38,358 bases of DNA from Clostridiaceae bacterium (GTDB lineage: Bacteria; Bacillota; Clostridia; CAYPLH01; DUMO01): positions 1 through 38,358 of the forward strand of contig DUMO01000050.1 in assembly GCA_012839865.1 (NCBI GenBank). Reading direction: 5' to 3'. The first letter of the stretch is position 1. Each line of letters opens with the position of its first letter. The notes beneath the pieces were generated by a model. That model ran no database searches, was not told where the DNA came from, and saw only the letters and a program-made list of their open reading frames with translations. The position numbers were made by a program, and so were the translations under genes. Positions 18,508 to 29,143 of the stretch are shown here, one piece after another.

Positions 18508-19257
18508 ATGAAAAAACCTTTAGTAATAGCCCACAGAGGCGCATCTCATGTTGCACCGGAAAACACAATGGCTGCGTATAAAAAGGCCATTGAGATGGGC
18601 GCAGACGGTATTGAAATTGATGTACAGCTGTCAAAGGACGGACAACTGGTTGTGATACACGACCAGACGCTAAACAGAACAAGCAATAAAACAGGCTTTG
18701 TCCGGGATTTTACATTAAAGGAGCTTAAGTCCTTCGACTTTGGGAGTTGGTTCAGCCCGGATTTTGCAGGCCAAACCATTCCAACCCTGGAAGAAGTATT
18801 GGACCTTTTAAGCCCCACAGGCATGCTGCTCAATATTGAAATAAAAAACGGACCGATATTTTATGACAACATAGAAAAGAAAGTTGCAGACATGGTTTCC
18901 GGATATAACATGCTTGACAGGGCAATAATATCATCCTTCAATCATTATTCTCTTGTTGAAATTAAAAAATACTGTCCCAAGCTGGCCACAGGCGCGTTAT
19001 ATGCCGCAGGCATTTATGAACCCTGGGAATATGCAAAAAGAATAGGTGCGGAGGCTATCCATCCTTTGTTCTACAACATAGTACCGCAAGTAATGGAAGG
19101 CTGCCTTAGGAATGGCATAAAAGTGAATCCATATACTGTTGACCAGCCTGAATATATAAAAAATGTCGCCCTTGCCGGTGTCAGCGGAATTATTACCAAT
19201 GTTCCCGACACTGCTTTAAAGGTGCTGAATGAAATGGAGGTATACCATGAAGCTTAA
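18508..19257 (+). CDS. Glycerophosphodiester phosphodiesterase (GDPD)
   Basis: IAHRGAS, PENTMAA, ADGIEIDVQLSKDG.LVVIHD and NIEIK. ATG 18508 after GGAGG. Confidence 0.93.
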   Translation: MKKPLVIAHRGASHVAPENTMAAYKKAIEMGADGIEIDVQLSKDGQLVVIHDQTLNRTSNKTGFVRDFTLKELKSFDFGSWFSPDFAGQTIPTLEEVLDLLSPTGMLLNIEIKNGPIFYDNIEKKVADMVSGYNMLDRAIISSFNHYSLVEIKKYCPKLATGALYAAGIYEPWEYAKRIGAEAIHPLFYNIVPQVMEGCLRNGIKVNPYTVDQPEYIKNVALAGVSGIITNVPDTALKVLNEMEVYHEA

Positions 19258-20470
19258 TTACAAGAATACGTTCCTTATCGGTTTAGGTTTTTTTACGGTA
19301 GGAATTGTCTGGAATATATACAACGTGGCAGTTCCCCTATACCTCGATGAACTGGGGCTTTCCGGCTTGATTGTGGGAATAGTCATGGCCATGGACAATA
19401 TTTTCGCAGTAGTCTTTCAGCCGGTTTTCGGCGCCTTGAGCGACAAAACCAGCACACGGTATGGCAGGAGAATGCCGTACCTGCTTATAGGTATACCCCT
19501 TTCGGCATTGTTTTTCTTTTTGGTCCCCTTCGCAAAAGGATCCATCGTGTTGCTTATGATCGTCCTGATTTTCATGAATTTTGCCATGAGTGTATACAGG
19601 GCACCGACTGTAGCCCTTATGCCGGATCTAACTCCCTCTTCCCTCCGCAGCAAGGCCAACGGAATAATTAACTTTATGGGCGGCATAGGTACTTCAGTCT
19701 CTTTTTTGCTGGGCGGCCTGCTTTTTAACATTGCTGAGTATTTGCCCTTCGCGGCAGGTTCAGTCATACTTATTGCGACCATAATCATAATGTACAATTT
19801 TGTACACGAACCTGAATCCATAGAAATTGAAAAAAAGGAACCGGAAAAAACTGCAAACGAATCGAAAGAACAACGTCTTAGTCTGATATTCATGCTTCTT
19901 GCAATTTTCTTCTGGTTTACTTCCTACAACTGTGTGGAAACCTATTTTTCCACCTACGGGCAGGAGATACTGGGAATATCAAAAAGCCAAACCTCTTATC
20001 TTTTGCTTACCGTTTCAGTATCTTTTCTGGTATTTTGCATACCCTCCGGTTTCATAGCAAGCAAAATAGGCCGGAAAAAAACAATATTATCTGGAATTGT
20101 GCTGTTTCTGGCATGCTTTGTAGCCATGATTTTTCTGAGAAACCCTTTATACATGTATCCGGTTCTGGCTCTTGCGGGGTTGGGATGGGCTCTTATCAAC
20201 ATCAGCTCTTATCCCATGGTTGTGGAAATGGGCAAACGTGAAGGCATAGGAAAATATACGGGATATTATTACTTTTTCTCGATGATGGCATCTATTGTAA
20301 GCCCCATTCTTTTCGGCTTCATTAAAGATTACCTGGGAGATGGCTTCCTTTTTATTTACTCAAGCATCGGGTTGGTATTTGCCTTGTTCTTCATGATGCT
20401 TGTCCAGCATGGTGAGGCAAAGCCTGCTATGCAAGCAGGGTTTGAGTCATATGAACATATAGATGAATAG
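19247..20470 (+). CDS. MFS transporter (sugar/glycoside-cation symporter-like, about 12 TM)
   Basis: GALSDKT.TRYGRRMPY motif A variant, ALMPDLTP and SKIGRKK. ATG 19247 after GGAGG overlaps the GDPD end. Confidence 0.9.
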   Translation: MKLNYKNTFLIGLGFFTVGIVWNIYNVAVPLYLDELGLSGLIVGIVMAMDNIFAVVFQPVFGALSDKTSTRYGRRMPYLLIGIPLSALFFFLVPFAKGSIVLLMIVLIFMNFAMSVYRAPTVALMPDLTPSSLRSKANGIINFMGGIGTSVSFLLGGLLFNIAEYLPFAAGSVILIATIIIMYNFVHEPESIEIEKKEPEKTANESKEQRLSLIFMLLAIFFWFTSYNCVETYFSTYGQEILGISKSQTSYLLLTVSVSFLVFCIPSGFIASKIGRKKTILSGIVLFLACFVAMIFLRNPLYMYPVLALAGLGWALINISSYPMVVEMGKREGIGKYTGYYYFFSMMASIVSPILFGFIKDYLGDGFLFIYSSIGLVFALFFMMLVQHGEAKPAMQAGFESYEHIDE

Positions 20471-20740
20471 TTCCTTTTTCTCGCATTCATACATTTCGGC
20501 ATCCACAATATACCGGTTAGCATAAAAAATAAAACGTGGGAAGAGGATTTAATATTTAAAGGTTCATTTGCTCCAAGCCAAAAGCGAGTTAATACGAAAT
20601 TTAATTATTTTACTTTACATTTTCTGTCTCCCTTTTGAGGACATTATATCAACCGCATGGTTATCCAATATCCCCTATATTCATTAGTGCCTCTGCTTTA
20701 CGAATGTAGGGGTAATTTATTATGCTTCAGTTTACATAAT

Positions 20741-22831
20741 TTAATGAAAATAATCGTATATCTTCCGAGCCACTTTTTCGCTTATTCCCTCTACGGCGGT
20801 CAAATCGTCAATCCCGGCAGCCTTTATGGCGCTGACGGAGCCAAAATGCTTCAGAAGCAGTTTCTTTCGCTTTGAGCCTATGCCTTCTATTTCATCCAGA
20901 GCAGATTTGGAATACCTTTTACTCCTCAATTTTTTATTGTATTCAAGGGCAAAACGGTGGGCTTCGTCCTGTATCGCCGTTACCAGCCTCAAGACCGGCA
21001 TGTGCCCATATAAATCGATTTCCTTTCCGTTTACAGCAAGTCCCCTGGTCTTGTGCTTGTCATCCTTAACCATGCCCAGAACGGGAATGGAAAGATTAAA
21101 GTCTTTCAGTACACTTTGCACGGAATTTACATGTCCCACTCCCCCGTCCACCAAAATCAAATCAGGCATTTTGGAAAACTTACCTGGTTTTTCTCCTTCT
21201 TTCACCATCCTCAACAAATCTTCTTTGTTTATCTTTGCTTTCCCGGAGCGGACTTTCCCTGCATTTTCCTTCGAGTTCTCCTTTGTGTTCTCCTCCATAT
21301 TTTCCTTTATGTTTTCATTTTTATTCTCTGCTGCATTCTTCCCTGCACTTCTCATTACATTTTCCCTTGCATTTGCCCCCACAATCTCCATTGCATCTTC
21401 CTTTACATTTTCTTTCTTATTTTCCCCTGGGTTTTCCTCTGCATTTTCCATTGCTTCTTCAATCGCATGCCTGAACCTTCTTGCAGTTGCCTCCTGCATG
21501 CTTTTGTAATCATCCTGCGAGGCTGTGGATTTTATTTTAAACCGCCTGTAATCCCTCTTTGACGGTTTCCCTTTTTCAAATACAACCATGGATGCGACAA
21601 TATCGGATGAACCGGTATTTGAAATATCATAAGCCTCAATTCGTTCCGGTATTTTATTAAGACCTGCCAGTCTCGCAAGGGTTTCCAATCCTTCCTCGCT
21701 CTTTGCCAATTCATTTTTATTTTGTTCCAACGATATCCTGGCATTTTCCTCAACCATTTTCACCATTTCAAGCTTCTGCCCGCGTTTTGGAACCGTAATG
21801 GCTACCTTTGAGCCCTTCATTTGGGAAAGCCAGTCACCAATGATGTTCAATTCTCCTAAAGCATCTTCATCAAGATATTTCCCCTGTACAATTATTTCCC
21901 TGGGCAACGTTTGAGCAGCTCCATAAAACTGCTTTAGGAATGAAATTATGAATTCCCCTTCCTGGGCTTCGGTCTGGTCAAACAAAAAATGCTCCCTTCC
22001 CAGGAGCTTACCGCCCCTCACAAAGAACACCTGAATACATGAATCTGTCGCATCGCTTACCGCTGCAATAATATCCTGGTCCTCCATATTTGTGGACAGC
22101 ACTTTTTGCTTCTCTGCAACCTGCTTCAGACTGTTTATTTTATCTCTTAGAACTGCCGCTTTTTCAAATTCCATATTTTCCGAATATTCCTGCATCTGTG
22201 CTTCCAGTTTTCGCATTATTTCTTCATGCCTGCCGCCCAGAAAAAGGCAGATGTCCTTCATTATATTACGGTATTCTTCCTTGTTGACATTTCCCTGGCA
22301 CGGGGCAATGCATTGACCTATGAAAAAATTAAGGCACGGTCTTTCTTTTCCAATATCCCTTGGCAAAACCTTTTTACAGCTTTTTACCGGAAACAGTTTT
22401 CTTAAAAGGCTTATTGTATCGTTAATCACTCCCACGTTCAGATAAGGGCCGAAATATTTTGCTCCGTTCTTGTCAATCCTGCGGGTTTTCAGTATCCTGG
22501 GATATTCCTCGTTCATGGTGACTTTTATATACGGGTAATGCTTGTCGTCCTTTAGCAAAATGTTAAATCTCGGCTTGTATTTTTTAATAAGGTTGCACTC
22601 CAAAATCAGGGCTTCCATTTCACTGTCGGTTACAATGTACTCAAACTCCTTGATGTATGAAACCATGGCAGCTACCTTGGGAGTATGCTTCACCGCATGA
22701 AAGTATTGCCTTACTCGGTTTTTCAGCACAACCGCCTTGCCTACATATATAACTTCGCCCTTGTCGTCCTTCATTATATAGACTCCGGGCTTTTCGGGCA
22801 AATTTTTCAGTTCTTCCTGTATATCAAACAT
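20741..22831 (-). CDS. uvrC: Excinuclease ABC subunit C, with a low-complexity insertion
   Basis: GIY-YIG (PGVYIMKD..IYVGKA..NRVRQYF), Cys cluster, UVR coil, RNase H-like DISN and DGG, and HhH IEGIG. Confidence 0.95.
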   Translation of the reverse strand: MFDIQEELKNLPEKPGVYIMKDDKGEVIYVGKAVVLKNRVRQYFHAVKHTPKVAAMVSYIKEFEYIVTDSEMEALILECNLIKKYKPRFNILLKDDKHYPYIKVTMNEEYPRILKTRRIDKNGAKYFGPYLNVGVINDTISLLRKLFPVKSCKKVLPRDIGKERPCLNFFIGQCIAPCQGNVNKEEYRNIMKDICLFLGGRHEEIMRKLEAQMQEYSENMEFEKAAVLRDKINSLKQVAEKQKVLSTNMEDQDIIAAVSDATDSCIQVFFVRGGKLLGREHFLFDQTEAQEGEFIISFLKQFYGAAQTLPREIIVQGKYLDEDALGELNIIGDWLSQMKGSKVAITVPKRGQKLEMVKMVEENARISLEQNKNELAKSEEGLETLARLAGLNKIPERIEAYDISNTGSSDIVASMVVFEKGKPSKRDYRRFKIKSTASQDDYKSMQEATARRFRHAIEEAMENAEENPGENKKENVKEDAMEIVGANARENVMRSAGKNAAENKNENIKENMEENTKENSKENAGKVRSGKAKINKEDLLRMVKEGEKPGKFSKMPDLILVDGGVGHVNSVQSVLKDFNLSIPVLGMVKDDKHKTRGLAVNGKEIDLYGHMPVLRLVTAIQDEAHRFALEYNKKLRSKRYSKSALDEIEGIGSKRKKLLLKHFGSVSAIKAAGIDDLTAVEGISEKVARKIYDYFH
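21258..21460 (-). repeat. About 16 x 12-bp degenerate in-frame repeat (EN-x-x) inside uvrC
   Basis: ENAE ENPG ENKK ENVK EDAM EIVG ANAR ENVM RSAG KNAA ENKN ENIK ENME ENTK ENSK ENAG. Confidence 0.85.
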
Positions 22832-22937
22832 TTAAGACCACCTTGAAAAATTTTACGGTAAAGAGCATTCGCATGTAATGTATTCATTATAGCATGGTGA
22901 TTATTTTCACATCAACTTATGTAAAGTTTTAACAAAT

Positions 22938-23081
22938 GGGATAGGGAGACAGGTACACCAAAAAAGACAGAGGGACAGGTGACTTGTTCCGCCATCTTCC
23001 GCCAAAACAGGAAAAGGAACCTGCTCCCTGTCCCCTTGTCCCCTTTCCCAAAATGGGACAATGTACCCGTCCCCCTGTCCC
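22938..23081. repeat. Dispersed inverted-repeat element, copy 3 (nested arms)
   Basis: Outer arms GGGATAGGGAGACAGGTACA (22938-22957) and TGTACCCGTCCCCCTGTCCC (23062-23081), 17/20 complementary. Inner imperfect arms at 22966-22990 and 23016-23040. Confidence 0.75.
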
Positions 23082-23093
23082 AGCCTAATGATA

Positions 23094-23128
23094 AAAAGAG
23101 CCAGGTTTTTATGCTTCCTGGCTCTTTT
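23094..23128 (-). terminator. groEL intrinsic terminator
   Basis: Perfect 12-bp inverted repeat AAAAGAGCCAGG / CCTGGCTCTTTT, about 22 nt after the groEL stop. Confidence 0.85.
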
Positions 23129-23150
23129 GAAAATTTCCTGCTTATTTATA

Positions 23151-24794
<1,644 letters not shown>

Positions 24795-24816
24795 TTACTA
24801 TATACTGCATATTAAA

Positions 24817-25104
<288 letters not shown>

Positions 25105-25141
25105 TTATACCTCCTCTTTTGAACAATTTATATCTAATTTA

Positions 25142-25168
25142 TTAGCACTCACTTTAATTGAGTGCTAA
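25142..25168. promoter_or_regulatory. CIRCE element (HrcA operator)
   Basis: Perfect TTAGCACTC-N9-GAGTGCTAA directly upstream of groES. Confidence 0.98.
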
Positions 25169-25307
25169 TCATGAATATTATAATAATATAATAACCAAAA
25201 ACAAAGCAAATATGCACAGTTTAGAAATTTGGTGATTTGTGCTTATTAATCAGGATTATCTTTATATCACTGCTATATTTCTCCGATTTTCTTCCAATTG
25301 CTTCATT

Positions 25308-26057
25308 TTATCTTCTTTTCTTAAGTTCATTGTATATATCTTCCGGTTTTACACCGCTATGGACCATCAGGACAAAAAGGTGGTAATACAGATCCGCTAT
25401 TTCGTATATGATTTCACCCGGAGCATTATTTTTCGCTGCAATAATTACTTCGGCGGCTTCCTCTCCTATTTTTTTACATATCTTGTCTATACCCTTGTCA
25501 AAAAGGTAATTTGTATACGAGCCCTCTTTTGGGTTCTTCTTTCTGTCCGAAATAACCTCGTACAATTCCTTCAGAATACCATAGCCGCTTTCAATTTCCC
25601 CGTTATTCGCATTCACGGTTACTTTTTCATAAGCAGTTTTTCCGCCCATGCATTCTGGTTCTGAGGATGCATCATTATTTTTTTCAGTATCTTCAGTTCC
25701 AAAACCCCTGCTTTCGATTTCTACAAAATCACCATCTTTTACTTCTCTGAAATAGCATGAATAATGCCCGGTATGGCATGCATTCCCTACCTGTTCCACC
25801 TTAATCAGGAGCGAATTGTCCTCGCAGTTTATATAAATCGACTTGACGTATTGAAAATTGCCGGAGGTTTCACCCTTAAGCCATAACCTGTTCCGGCTGC
25901 GGCTCCAGTAGTGTACTTTGCCTGTTTCCAATGTTTTGAGCAGTGCTTCCCTGTTCATAAAGGCCAGTATCAAAACCTCTCCCGACCTTGAGTCCTGGGT
26001 TGCAACCGGTATTAAACCTTTTTCATCAAACTTTATTTTTTCAATTATACTATTCAT
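25308..26057 (-). CDS. hisIE: Bifunctional phosphoribosyl-AMP cyclohydrolase / phosphoribosyl-ATP diphosphatase
   Basis: YWSRSR..LWLKGETSG, NCEDNSLL, ACHTGHYSCYFR, SYTNYLF.KG and KIGEEAAE..ADLYYH. Likely start is ATG 26057 (GGAG RBS); the ORF track starts at 26132. Confidence 0.95.
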   Translation of the reverse strand: MNSIIEKIKFDEKGLIPVATQDSRSGEVLILAFMNREALLKTLETGKVHYWSRSRNRLWLKGETSGNFQYVKSIYINCEDNSLLIKVEQVGNACHTGHYSCYFREVKDGDFVEIESRGFGTEDTEKNNDASSEPECMGGKTAYEKVTVNANNGEIESGYGILKELYEVISDRKKNPKEGSYTNYLFDKGIDKICKKIGEEAAEVIIAAKNNAPGEIIYEIADLYYHLFVLMVHSGVKPEDIYNELKKRR

Positions 26058-26537
26058 TTCAGGTACTCCCCACAAATAATTTTCCAGGATTGAACACAGA
26101 GCTTCAAACCGAAGCTCCGCCATCATTGACATTATATATATTTTACCAGTATTTTTGAAATGTACAAATTTTTTTTATCTGTTATATGCTACTATTCGGG
26201 TTTTATTTTGAACAATCAGCCATGATGCAGCAATTTACTGCAATCTGTTAGCGGTTTTGTCAGTCCTTGTTTTCTATAATTTGCTTAAATCAAAGAGCGC
26301 TTATTACCAATATTCGCTTATACATCCTTGTCTTATCTTTGCAGCGCATCAGGATGGTCCCGAATATGTATCCCGCTACAGGGAAAAAGATCCATGAGCA
26401 CAAGGGAAACCATGTATTTTCCCAACTGGCCCATATTAGTCCTGCCAATGCGTCAATTACAAGAATCGACCCCGGATACCTACCGAACTGTTATCCGGGA
26501 TGCTTTAAATATCACTGTGGTCTGGGATGGTGGTATC

Positions 26538-26678
26538 ATGTTGAAATGGTTTTATGACAGGGATTACCGTATTTTCGTTTTCGGGTATTTTTGCGGATTG
26601 TCATGCTTGCTGTTGCTGAACAAGGTGGGTATGTTGAGCCTGGAGTTTTTTGAGAGGGTTGCAGGGTGGATTAGATGA
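26538..26678 (+). CDS. Possible small hydrophobic protein (uncertain)
   Basis: 3' part of the track ORF 26328-26678. Contains a hydrophobic stretch IFVFGYFCGLSCLLLL and is followed 10 nt later by a strong hairpin. The start is uncertain. Confidence 0.3.
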   Translation: MLKWFYDRDYRIFVFGYFCGLSCLLLLNKVGMLSLEFFERVAGWIR

Positions 26679-26687
26679 GAGATAAAG

Positions 26688-26729
26688 GGCTATCCATGCT
26701 GCACCTTAGCCGGTACAGCATGGATAGCC
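26688..26729. terminator. Strong hairpin between convergent ORFs
   Basis: Perfect 14-bp arms GGCTATCCATGCTG (26688-26701) / CAGCATGGATAGCC (26716-26729). Confidence 0.7.
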
Positions 26730-26839
26730 ACTTAAAATTTTCACAGTCTGTTGAATGTGATAATTCTCGCAATTAAACAGTGCTTAATCTAATTCCTGTT
26801 ATAGGGAACAATGAAATAAGGTGTCCCTTTACGCTGTTA

Positions 26840-27028
26840 TCACATATTCCCTTGCGCCTGGTCCTCAGGAATAAATGTTGCACAGTCGGTATCCTGTGAA
26901 TCACTTGCATTCCTTGGAGTAACTTCAATTTTTTCAGCGCTGCAATAGTCTCCTGACATGTAGTAATGGCATGTATTAACCATGCATTTAATTCCTTCAT
27001 TGGGACGATTCATTTTATTTACCTTCAT
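26840..27028 (-). CDS. DUF1540 domain protein
   Basis: IKC.V.TC.YY...YC.AEKIEV......S.DTDCATF pattern; RBS AGGAGG. Confidence 0.85.
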   Translation of the reverse strand: MKVNKMNRPNEGIKCMVNTCHYYMSGDYCSAEKIEVTPRNASDSQDTDCATFIPEDQAQGNM

Positions 27029-27111
27029 AATTATGCAACCTCCTGTTTAATTTTGCCGCTCTATTATTTTTCGCAAACATTTTATATTAATACACAGGAG
27101 TGCATACCAAT

Positions 27112-27507
27112 TTATAGCTCGGAACCCAATTTATAACCTAATGCAGATACTCTTGCAACCAAAACCTTATCTTCGTCAAAGATGTCCACGTTAAACCCGC
27201 AGATTTTCCTGCCGGAAGAAATTTCTTTAGCTTCTGCTGTTATAACTTTTCCTTTGGGCGATTTAAAATATGAAATATTTACATTGATGCCCAGAGTAAC
27301 AATTCCTCCTGAATTTGAGGCCGCTGCAAAAGCAAAATCAGCCAACGTAAATATTGCTCCGCCCTGAACCCTGTTTACACCGTTCAAATGATTTTCGGTA
27401 ATTTCCATCCTTGCCACGGCAAAACCCGGTTCAGCCCTGACAAGCTTTATTCCGGCTAATGCGGCAAATCTGTCATTCTCCAAATATTTCAACGCATTTT
27501 GTTCCAC
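27112..27507 (-). CDS. PaaI family hotdog-fold thioesterase
   Basis: DRFA...GI, HLNG...VQGGAIFTLADFAFAAASNS; GTG start after AAAGGTG. Confidence 0.9.
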   Translation of the reverse strand: MEQNALKYLENDRFAALAGIKLVRAEPGFAVARMEITENHLNGVNRVQGGAIFTLADFAFAAASNSGGIVTLGINVNISYFKSPKGKVITAEAKEISSGRKICGFNVDIFDEDKVLVARVSALGYKLGSEL

Positions 27508-27604
27508 TTTTTATCACCTTTTCATCTTTATTTGCTCTCATATGACTTCAGGTACAGTTCAGGTGAAGCTTGATATTAATTGAAGGAGCCTTGATTTGCC
27601 GGTG

Positions 27605-28138
27605 TCACATTCTGGCATATGCTATTAAATCGTTGATTTTTTCTTTCCTGGTATAATCAACAGGTTTGTCATATATGCTTAGCATGCCCTTTTCATCCGG
27701 CGTTAATTTTCCACCTTTTTTCTCTTTGATTTTTATTTTCATTTTTAAAAGGGACATTAAAAATTTGTCAAAGGGCGGAAGTTTGGCATAGTTAAATCCA
27801 CCTCTAAAGTAGAAAAACCGTATTTGCTCTCTTTGCTCCGGAGTAAAATTTTTCTCAGTAACTTCATCGGTTACGTTTTCTCTGAACGGCGAGGCTCCTG
27901 TTGCAAAAACAATAATCTTTTTCCCTTTAAGCCTGTCAAAATTCCGTTTAATGAATTTAATACCGTCAATTCCGACAGCATGCAGACTTCCTCCATAAAT
28001 TACCGTATCATAATCTGAAAGGGTGCTTATTTCAACCGTTGAAACATCAAATAAATCGGCCTTCAACTCTTTTGCTATCCATTCTGCATATTTTTTGGTA
28101 TAGCCTGTTTTGGACTTGTAAATTACAACTGCATTCAT
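27605..28138 (-). CDS. Flavodoxin-domain protein (HemG-like fold)
   Basis: VIYKSKTGYTKKYAEWIA, YDTVIYGGSLHA and FFYFRGGFN. Likely start is ATG 28138. Confidence 0.85.
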   Translation of the reverse strand: MNAVVIYKSKTGYTKKYAEWIAKELKADLFDVSTVEISTLSDYDTVIYGGSLHAVGIDGIKFIKRNFDRLKGKKIIVFATGASPFRENVTDEVTEKNFTPEQREQIRFFYFRGGFNYAKLPPFDKFLMSLLKMKIKIKEKKGGKLTPDEKGMLSIYDKPVDYTRKEKINDLIAYARM

Positions 28139-28261
28139 AAGTCTTTGCATCTCCTTTAATATGTAAAATATAAGAAAAATCTGCACCCCTTGTTGTTTTT
28201 CTGCTGCATGCCGCCAGGGTCAATCTGTTCCCCGGTAATTACAATTATAATTTATGCAACA

Positions 28262-28590
28262 TCATCTTTGACCGTCAGGTTCAGGCGGTTCAATTTTGCC
28301 TTGCCCGTCGGATAAATCAGGTGGAGTAATCCTTCCCGGCATATCCGGCGGTATTGTTATTCATCTTTGACTGTCGTCAGTTTCACCGGGCGGTATTATC
28401 CTCCATTGACCGTCTTCACTTTCGCCCGGTGGTATTATCCTCCATTGCCTGTCTGACATATCAGGCGGTACTATCCACCTTTGCCCGCCAGAATTATCGG
28501 GTGGCACAATCCTCCATTGACCGTCTGGTATATCCGGTGGTATTATACTTCTTTGATTGTCGTTAGTTTCGTCCGGCGGTATTACCCTTC
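28262..28590 (-). repeat. Degenerate repeats of about 30-39 bp encoding Q(W/R)xI(I/V)PP(D/G)xxDG
   Basis: QRSIIPPDIPDG / QWRIVPPDNSGG / QRWIVPPDMSDR / QWRIIPPGESEDG / QWRIIPPGETDDS / QR*ITIPPDMPG / RITPPDLSDG / QGKIEPPEPDG / QR*. Confidence 0.85.
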
Positions 28591-29045
28591 TTTCAGAGCC
28601 TTCTTTTTTATTTTCCCCTCCGATGCATATACCATCATCTATTTTGGGAGCAGGAATCCCTATTTTATCGTTGGTTTCCGGTGGCGGGAGCAATATAATG
28701 GAACACTCTTTCCCAAAGGTATTGGCTGAATACCTCACCACATCCTCCCTTTCAACAGAAGGTATCTGCAAAGGTTTCCTTTCATCTGTTGTATTCTCAT
28801 TCGTTGCATTTTCATCTGTTGCGCTTTCATCAGGCGTGTTTTCCAAAAGAGTCTTGCCCGGGTCTGCAAACTGGCTGCAGAGAATCTTTTCCCCAGGCAT
28901 CCACTCTTTTTCACTGAAACAATCTTCCGTAATATCCGTATCCTGTCCTGGAGTGTCCCCGGCATCCTGTGCCTGAATTGAATATGAAGGAACAAATATC
29001 ATTAATACAAGCAAAAAAAACAATAAGTTTCTTCACTGTCAACAT
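28262..29045 (-). pseudogene. Disrupted or switchable gene for a secreted Pro/Asp-rich repeat protein
   Basis: RBS AAGGAGG plus ATG 29045 is out of frame by +1 with the main ORF (28361-29023) across a T8 tract. An in-frame TGA at 28361-28363 is followed by 32 more repeat-like codons to a TGA at 28262-28264. Confidence 0.65.
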
Positions 29046-29143
29046 ATCCGGCACCTCCTTGAAAAATGGCATTGGCTGGTTTTCCCAGACTATTTGTTAA
29101 TCCACTTCCACATAAGAGACGCTTAATTTACAAAATTTGTTCC

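Noticed and set aside
20826..21562. Long Phe/Ser-rich plus-strand ORFs opposite uvrC
   Set aside because: They are by-products of the antisense GAAAAT-rich repeat, which lacks stop codons on the other strand.
25239..25664. 141-aa plus-strand ORF opposite hisIE
   Set aside because: Antisense to a well-supported gene and no RBS.
28361..28363. Selenocysteine recoding of the in-frame TGA
   Set aside because: The aligned residue in other units is Trp, not Cys, and I could not identify a SECIS hairpin downstream.
28262..28590. CRISPR array
   Set aside because: The repeats are degenerate and codon-phased, have no unique spacers, and there are no cas genes.
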